Shown here piece by piece: positions 59,001-64,000 of a DNA stretch of 64,000 nt; position 1 is the first letter of the stretch; the number at the start of each line of letters is the position of its first letter. The notes below the pieces were generated by a model. It was not told the origin of the DNA and did not search any database. It saw nothing but the letters and a program-made list of their open reading frames with translations. This DNA comes from an uncultured delta proteobacterium (lineage in GTDB: Bacteria; Desulfobacterota; Desulfobacteria; Desulfobacterales; B30-G6): NCBI GenBank assembly GCA_963823335.1, contig CAWGLD010000004.1, positions 1 through 64,000 of the forward strand, given 5' to 3'. A program made the position numbers and the translations under genes.

Positions 59001-62000
59001 TCAATATTGAAAGGTATTCGTTGTCTTGGCTTGAACTGACAGCCAAAGCAAGATGGGGGCGACCTTCGAGCGTCTGCCCTATCATTCGTGTGCAGGATGC
59101 CCGGGGTCCCATTTCGACAAAAACACGGATACCATCGTCATAGGCCTGTTCAATGGTGCGGGTAAAGTCGAACCCGTTGCGTGCCTGATCCAGTATGGAT
59201 GCAGCAGCGTTTTCACTGGTCAGGTCATATGTATGGCCCCATGCACAACTGTAAAAACGCATAGTTGCGGATATGTCAGTGGGGTACAGATGAAGTTGGC
59301 GGTAAGCCTCCTCCACAGGTCTGAGCGCATCACAGTGAACCGTCACGACACCGTCAAGGGGAACGGCGTTACACCCCAGCATTTTGACGACCTTCCAGAT
59401 TGATTCTTTCTCGCCGCCTAACACCGATTCCCTGGGTGAATTAATGATCAGCAGACGGGTCATGGGAAATTGTTTAACAACAGACATGACCTCGTCTGCC
59501 GCCCGATCAACCGCAACCACCTGCCATTCAAATCGTTTTTCAGGTTCGATGTTCCACGCCTTCCGGAGGGATAGACAGGGCCCGGTCAAGTCTGTCTTGA
59601 ACAATGGTGATTCGAGCATCCGTTTCAAAAGCCGGTCTTGACCTTTCCAGACACCCATGGCAACCAAGCCAGCGGTTTCCCCGAGGCTGTACCCGATGAC
59701 CGCCCTGGGTGGCGCCATGAACTGCTGCATCAGTCTGGCCGTGACAACCCCGTGCATTACCTGCCCGAAAATCGCCAACAGCGGATCGGCATGGATCCGA
59801 TGCAAGGCCTGTATTTCCCATTGGTTTTCCCAGGACATCCGATAAGGCACAAAGCATTCGGGAATCATTTGCCTTTTCAATTGCCCGGTTTCTGCATCCA
59901 CCTGACCTATAAGCAATGGCCATTGGACCCCCATGTCCCGTCCCATACCAAGATAATGGTTTCCGGAGCCAGGAAAAACAAAGGCAATGCCGGCCGACTC
60001 CCCCAGGGGCTCGGGTGTGTAAAAGATGTTTGCATGCCCCGGAGAAGCGTCTGTCTTCCCTGAAGAAACGAGCTGTTTGGCTCTAAGAATCATGTTTTCG
60101 GCATCGTGAATATCTTTGACCACCAGGCTGAGCGCTCTTTTCTTACCCGGGGGTCTAGGTCTCTTATTTTCGTACCAGACCCGCGCGAGCCACTCCAGGG
60201 GTACGTCCATGGAATCCCATTTCCGGATCTGTTTCCAAAGGGTTTCCAGACCATCTAAAATCTCCTGGTCATGATCGCCTTCCACGACAAAAAGACCGCT
60301 GGACTGGTATCCCAGAGGGCGAAGTTTTTCCTGAACGAATCCAGGGGGCGATACCATCCCGGGGTCTTCATACCCTTCCAGAAGGACATGCATGCAGTTT
60401 CCATCGGACGTCATGGCACCCACACAGGCCCGGCGAGGATTGGTTTCCCGATCCCGATACCAGTACTGAGGTTTGATGGGAACATGAAAACGTTCTTCCC
60501 ATGCGATATCTCCGGGCCGTCGATAATCCGGCATGGGTGGTAAAAGGGCATGGTAAAGACACAGGCTTGTTTTCACAAGGGAAGACAAGCCTGATGCGGC
60601 ACCCATGTGTCCCACAATCGCTTTGGTGCTGCTGACGGCGCAATGCAAGCCCTTTTCGGTCAAAACGGTATTCAATACCTTTGATTCCACGACATCTTCG
60701 GTAGGAATACCGCTTCCGTGTGCCTCATAGAGGCTGATATCCGACGACCCCACACGAGCATCCTGAATGGCACGCTCCAGGGAAACTTGGTATGCTTCCT
60801 GTGTTACGCCCCCACCTTCCGTCGCCATCCCACTGGCAGCGCCGAAGCCATTGACAATCGCATAAATACGATCTTTTTCCGCAATGGCGTCTTCCAGGCG
60901 TTTGAGCACCAGTGCCAGGCCGCCTTCTCCGGGAAGCGTCCCCTTAGCAGATGAATCAAAGGGCAATACAGGCGCTGTCTCGGAACAGGGTCGGGTCTGA
61001 TGGTGTGTGGCCAGATATCTGATATCTCCGGTAAAATCCACAGCACCCACCAGCATCATGTCTGTGTCATTGTCCTGCAAGGCCCGGACACCTATTTCGA
61101 GGGCTTTGATACCGGAAGCTTCTTCGCAGGAGACAACAAAACTGGGCCCACCCAACAGAAATTCCTTGGCAATCCGGCTTGCAATGACACTGGTCAATGC
61201 ACCCAGAGTCCGGTTGGATGTCAACGGTCGGCTTATAGAAGCTTTCAGGGAACGGACCCACTGGGCGGCATGGGGGTCCTGAAGGTTCAAGCCATATTTT
61301 TTTTCCCATCGGCGGATGCTTTCATTCACGATCCATCTTAAATGAAAATTGGTGGCCTCAAAGTCAAAATCCGCTCCCACCATCACGCCCATGCGTGTCC
61401 GTTTCTCCCTGAGGGCAACACCGGCATCGATGAGAGCGTTTCGACAGAGCTTCATCATGAGCAGATGCTGCGGCAGAATATCCGGTATTTCATTGGGGGG
61501 AACGTGAAACAGACCCATATCCAGGGCAACATCTTCCATGAACGCACCGTGTTCCGGAACCACCTGCCGGAAATAGGTATCCGGTCCGATTTGTGTGCCC
61601 CGAAGACGAGAGTGATGTTCGATGATGGATTGCCCCTTGAAAACAGCCTCCTGAAAAGCCCTCAGGGTCGACAGTTTCCCCATGGCAGCGCTCATTCCGA
61701 TAATCGCCACCAGGGGTTTTTCACTTGTCGATGTTTTAGAATAACCGTCTTCATCACCGTTCCCGGGGACAGCGTGATGTTGCAGATTTATGGTACCTCC
61801 AGCTCGCCTATTGGGACGGGTCCATTCTTCCAGAAGCATGTGGGCATTGATACCGCCGAATCCAAATGCGCTCACAGCGGCACGACGGGGGGTGTCGGCA
61901 TCTCGTAGACCCCAGTCGGTCACTTCGGTCTGGACCCTAAAAGGACTGTCGATCAAAGGACTGTTATCTGTCGGCTCCGAATAGTTGTTTGATGGCGGTA

Positions 62001-63198
62001 TGTTTTTATGTTTTAATGCAAGTAATACTTTAAGTGTTCCGGCTGCCCCGGCACCTGTTAGCAGATGCCCGATAGTAGCTTTGACCGAGCCGATGGGACA
62101 GACACCGGCATGGGTTGCAATGCCCTGCCACAGGGTTGCGAGACTGCTCAGTTCGGTATGATCCCCAAGGGGTGTGCCTGCCCCGTGGCATTCAATCAGG
62201 TCGACCTGATCCGGTGTCCACCCGGTGGTGTCATAGGCCATGCGCATGGCCCTTACCTGGCCTTCGCTCTTGGGCGCCAGGAGACTACCCCCCATATCGT
62301 TGGAAAGCCCGATGCTTTTGATGACCGCCAGTATATTGTCCTGGTCCCTTACAGCATCCTTCACCCGTTTCAGCACAAACATGCCGGCACCTTCCCCGAC
62401 AACCAAACCATCCGCAGATTTGTCAAAAGGTGCGCAACGACCCGACGGTGACAACGCGCGAAGCTGGGAGAACCCAACCTGCGTGTAAAGGCAGTCAGGC
62501 CGGGAGACCCCCCCCACCAACATGGCATCTGCCCTGTGTTGTGCCAGGGCATCGCAGGCAAGTTTGAATGCCACCAGCGATGATGCACAGGCCGCATCCA
62601 GGGTATATGTACCGTTTCCGAGACCAAGGCCTTTGGCCAGCAACGCTGCTGGAAAACCGGTCATTTTGCCGGCCAGGCACTGGTTTCTGGTCAAAACCGA
62701 CGCAATATCCCGGATCATGGGATCAAATAATCGTTTTTCGAGATAAGCCCCCAGAATTTTCTCCGCAACCAAAGAGGAAGCCTGCGTAGGAAGGGCGATG
62801 GCGGCCAGAATCACACCGGTTCGTTTCCGGTCGATGAATTCATGCCTGGCAGTGTAAAAAGCCTCTCTACCTGCGTGCAGCACGATTCGGTGAAGTGGGT
62901 CAAGATCACGAACCAGGTCCTGGTCAAGATCCATATTGTCAAAACAGTAGTCGATATCCCGGTTCAGAAGGCAGGCTATCCTGGATATGGCTTTGTCGGG
63001 CCGCAGTTTATCTGCGGTCATCACAGCAGGGCCAACCCGCCAACGATCTTTTCCAACCACCTGGCAGGCATCTCTTTTATGAAGCAGATTATCCCAGAAG
63101 ACATCCAGGGTGGTCGCGCCGGGTAAGAGTCCGGCCATACTGACAATGGCGATATTGTATGGCCGGGATGTTTGCATATATTTGGTATCTTTCTGCAT
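56059..63198 (-). CDS. pfaBC: PUFA-synthase-type iterative PKS subunit, PfaB/PfaC fusion (KS-CLF-AT-FabA-like DH repeats)
   Basis: KS DAACASS/CHGAGT/GHLL; second KS with Glu in place of Cys (SCEEAS, chain-length factor); AT PGSG and GYSLG; DH CHFVDDMVMPG and AHFLGDPVCPG; no ACP, KR or ER. Confidence 0.88.
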   Translation of the reverse strand: MQKDTKYMQTSRPYNIAIVSMAGLLPGATTLDVFWDNLLHKRDACQVVGKDRWRVGPAVMTADKLRPDKAISRIACLLNRDIDYCFDNMDLDQDLVRDLDPLHRIVLHAGREAFYTARHEFIDRKRTGVILAAIALPTQASSLVAEKILGAYLEKRLFDPMIRDIASVLTRNQCLAGKMTGFPAALLAKGLGLGNGTYTLDAACASSLVAFKLACDALAQHRADAMLVGGVSRPDCLYTQVGFSQLRALSPSGRCAPFDKSADGLVVGEGAGMFVLKRVKDAVRDQDNILAVIKSIGLSNDMGGSLLAPKSEGQVRAMRMAYDTTGWTPDQVDLIECHGAGTPLGDHTELSSLATLWQGIATHAGVCPIGSVKATIGHLLTGAGAAGTLKVLLALKHKNIPPSNNYSEPTDNSPLIDSPFRVQTEVTDWGLRDADTPRRAAVSAFGFGGINAHMLLEEWTRPNRRAGGTINLQHHAVPGNGDEDGYSKTSTSEKPLVAIIGMSAAMGKLSTLRAFQEAVFKGQSIIEHHSRLRGTQIGPDTYFRQVVPEHGAFMEDVALDMGLFHVPPNEIPDILPQHLLMMKLCRNALIDAGVALREKRTRMGVMVGADFDFEATNFHLRWIVNESIRRWEKKYGLNLQDPHAAQWVRSLKASISRPLTSNRTLGALTSVIASRIAKEFLLGGPSFVVSCEEASGIKALEIGVRALQDNDTDMMLVGAVDFTGDIRYLATHHQTRPCSETAPVLPFDSSAKGTLPGEGGLALVLKRLEDAIAEKDRIYAIVNGFGAASGMATEGGGVTQEAYQVSLERAIQDARVGSSDISLYEAHGSGIPTEDVVESKVLNTVLTEKGLHCAVSSTKAIVGHMGAASGLSSLVKTSLCLYHALLPPMPDYRRPGDIAWEERFHVPIKPQYWYRDRETNPRRACVGAMTSDGNCMHVLLEGYEDPGMVSPPGFVQEKLRPLGYQSSGLFVVEGDHDQEILDGLETLWKQIRKWDSMDVPLEWLARVWYENKRPRPPGKKRALSLVVKDIHDAENMILRAKQLVSSGKTDASPGHANIFYTPEPLGESAGIAFVFPGSGNHYLGMGRDMGVQWPLLIGQVDAETGQLKRQMIPECFVPYRMSWENQWEIQALHRIHADPLLAIFGQVMHGVVTARLMQQFMAPPRAVIGYSLGETAGLVAMGVWKGQDRLLKRMLESPLFKTDLTGPCLSLRKAWNIEPEKRFEWQVVAVDRAADEVMSVVKQFPMTRLLIINSPRESVLGGEKESIWKVVKMLGCNAVPLDGVVTVHCDALRPVEEAYRQLHLYPTDISATMRFYSCAWGHTYDLTSENAAASILDQARNGFDFTRTIEQAYDDGIRVFVEMGPRASCTRMIGQTLEGRPHLALAVSSSQDNEYLSILKLLGALSAAKVGVHLDKLYGGLSYPPEMNQVYDDTLSGPATGSKKESSRQIHLRVGAPLPFPGPPPLLPGHIDSRISAGEKSKIHEPNERPLGRDSISGPLHESVSSQIVRDLMRSVQENAQTTTETHKQFLEFSSQMTKGYQEAMALQAQLLSGHMKQIRKTGVIAKGPGTHQTSSGVTPLYSRKDCLTFATGSVAEVFGPEFQVVDTYQARVRLPDEPLMLVDRVVSLVGEKCSLGTGRIVTEHDVLPEAWYLDGNRAPACISVEAGQADLFLSSYLGIDHVVKGRRTYRLLDACVTFFRGLPQPGETIRYDIEIEKFIRQGDTHLFFFKFKGFIEDNLFIQMKNGCAGFFTEEEVRNSGGIVAKKMDGTRRQEDFGAEWRHPAPVTIETFSEAALDALRSGRLGDAFGTAFQGKSIASSLWLPGGRMHLIDRVLTFDPYGGTFGKGLIRAEADIHPDDWYLTCHFVDDMVMPGTLMYECCAHTLRIFLQRIGWISENESACYEPVVGVESVLKCRGPVTPNTRHVVYEIDIKEMGYDPEPYAIADAHMTADGSYIVYFDSISMKLTQGTREEIERIWKIGPQQITTEKRYPSEKKENGTRTFSRKLLEEFSFGRPSIAFGKPYQVFDKQRFIARLPRPPYLFMDRVVDVAPEPWVLKPGDWIESEVDIDPGDWFFRANRTPVMPFCVLNEIALQPCGWLAAYLGSALQSEKDLRFRNLGGIAELCRDVPAKKGPLTTRARLTQVSEAGDMIIEHFDFQILQSGQKIYQGQTHFGFFTQEALAAQVGLHQIDMSRYTLPEDSVTNRQTAMVDHTPTAPDDLSGHVHENAVLPGRAIRMIDNIEAYFPEGGPHGYGIIRASKKVLPKEWFFKAHFLGDPVCPGSLGLESLIQVLKFMALDRWPHLGDDHCFTLKSDIRHRWTYRGQITPENRHIELLALVTNVVEEPFPVLTADGLLTVDGLPIYHMEQFSIGLVPLDR

Positions 63199-63428
63199 TA
63201 TTGGGCTCTACATACCCGAGTCATACCCATATTTCAACTACGAATAAATTCGCTTCACGAATTTATAATACTGGTTTTAAATACGTACTATATGCGAATT
63301 TTTGCAGGATTGCATTTTGATTTGGTTATGGGAAACTGACCATACTACGCCTGCCGGCAGAACAGATGGGCCTGACATGCTGATGCCTTGTCAGGCAAAA
63401 TACGAATCTCTAATAGGAGGAAAACGCC

Positions 63429-63710
63429 ATGATGAGAACACAGAAATGGATCACGATTTTTATGCTGATAACCCTGGTCATGCTTACGGGCAGTTATGCA
63501 CTGGCCGAGGAACAGGGAAAAATCAACATCAATACAGCCACGGTGGAAGAACTGGTACAACTGGAGCGTGTCGGTCCCAGATACGCAGAAAAAATAGTTG
63601 CCTTTCGTCAGGAGAACGGTCCCTTTAAGGCGCCTGAGGAGATCATGCTGGTAGCGGGCATCGGTGAGAAGACCTTCGAAATCAATAAAGACCGGATCGT
63701 CATTAAATAA
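63429..63710 (+). CDS. comEA: ComEA-family helix-hairpin-helix DNA-binding protein
   Basis: Signal peptide, KININTAT.EEL..L..VG, NGPF, V.GIGEK; AGGAGG RBS. Confidence 0.92.
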   Translation: MMRTQKWITIFMLITLVMLTGSYALAEEQGKININTATVEELVQLERVGPRYAEKIVAFRQENGPFKAPEEIMLVAGIGEKTFEINKDRIVIK

Positions 63711-63856
63711 TAATGCCTGGACTGTAGACAACTGATAGTGTGCGACCCCGCGGGCTCCCGTCCTATCATCTCAAAGGAGTCATTTCATTCGATCAAGGCA
63801 ATGCGTTAGCCTTTCCCGCTATTTCATCCCGCGGGGTCAGCCGTTCAGGTCAGGAA

Positions 63857-63969
63857 CACCGAATCGAGCGATTGTCGAGGTTGCCGTTCGGCAAGGCAGC
63901 TGCGGGTTCCGCGAATGTAAACTAGCGGGATCGTACGGACGCTGCAGACTGCGGTACGTCAGCAGTCCC
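63857..63969 (-). repeat. Family E element, diverged inverted copy
   Basis: Reverse complement contains GACTGC...GCGGAAC...CCTTG...ACGGCAACCTCGACAATCGCTC...GGTG, colinear with 44620-44734. Confidence 0.65.
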
Positions 63970-64000
63970 AGCGGGTTGCAGATTTTGAATTAAATGAATC

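Noticed and set aside
63740-64000. tmRNA, RNase P, SRP or 6S RNA
   Set aside because: The region is structured but lacks their diagnostic motifs, and part of it is family E repeat.

Overview
Bacterial chromosomal window with Desulfobacterota (Desulfobacterales-like) gene content; the taxonomy is inferred from protein families. From left to right: (1) 0.1-7.3 kb, a surface-glycan modification cluster (frameshifted GT-C/PMT-type transferase, B12 radical SAM, methyltransferase, flippase-like protein, GT4, GT2). (2) tRNA-Arg(UCU). (3) 7.8-28.5 kb, a housekeeping block: rpoH, TPR protein, LolB-like, RimK-like, dGTPase-like, UPF0280, HIT, LapA, mutS, amidase, DMT, crotonase, GAF-PilB, M48 peptidase, queH, yggS, maf. 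(4) tRNA-Leu(UAA), followed by an AT-rich accessory region (about 28.8-39.9 kb) with CFI-box FN3-like paralogs, pseudogenes, PilZ and Arg-rich micro-proteins, an AbiE toxin-antitoxin pair, a group II intron 3' remnant and many nested miniature elements. (5) Helicase, pflX, lipoproteins, usp, Hcy methyltransferase, an ABC transporter and a DHH-CBS protein. (6) A pfaBC-type PKS fused into an oleABCD-pocR operon, then comEA. The most striking structure is a four-helix-bundle (Avd-like/TIGR02436-type) gene framed by inverted arms built from 6-8 nt tandem repeats. It occurs as one intact copy and three progressively deleted copies inside a shared 15-bp terminal inverted repeat. Many orphan or empty 7-8-mer repeat arms also sit at gene junctions across the window, and no transposase is present. 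This looks like a poorly described family of mobile cassettes. All coordinates were read by eye and may be off by a few bases for repeat ends.
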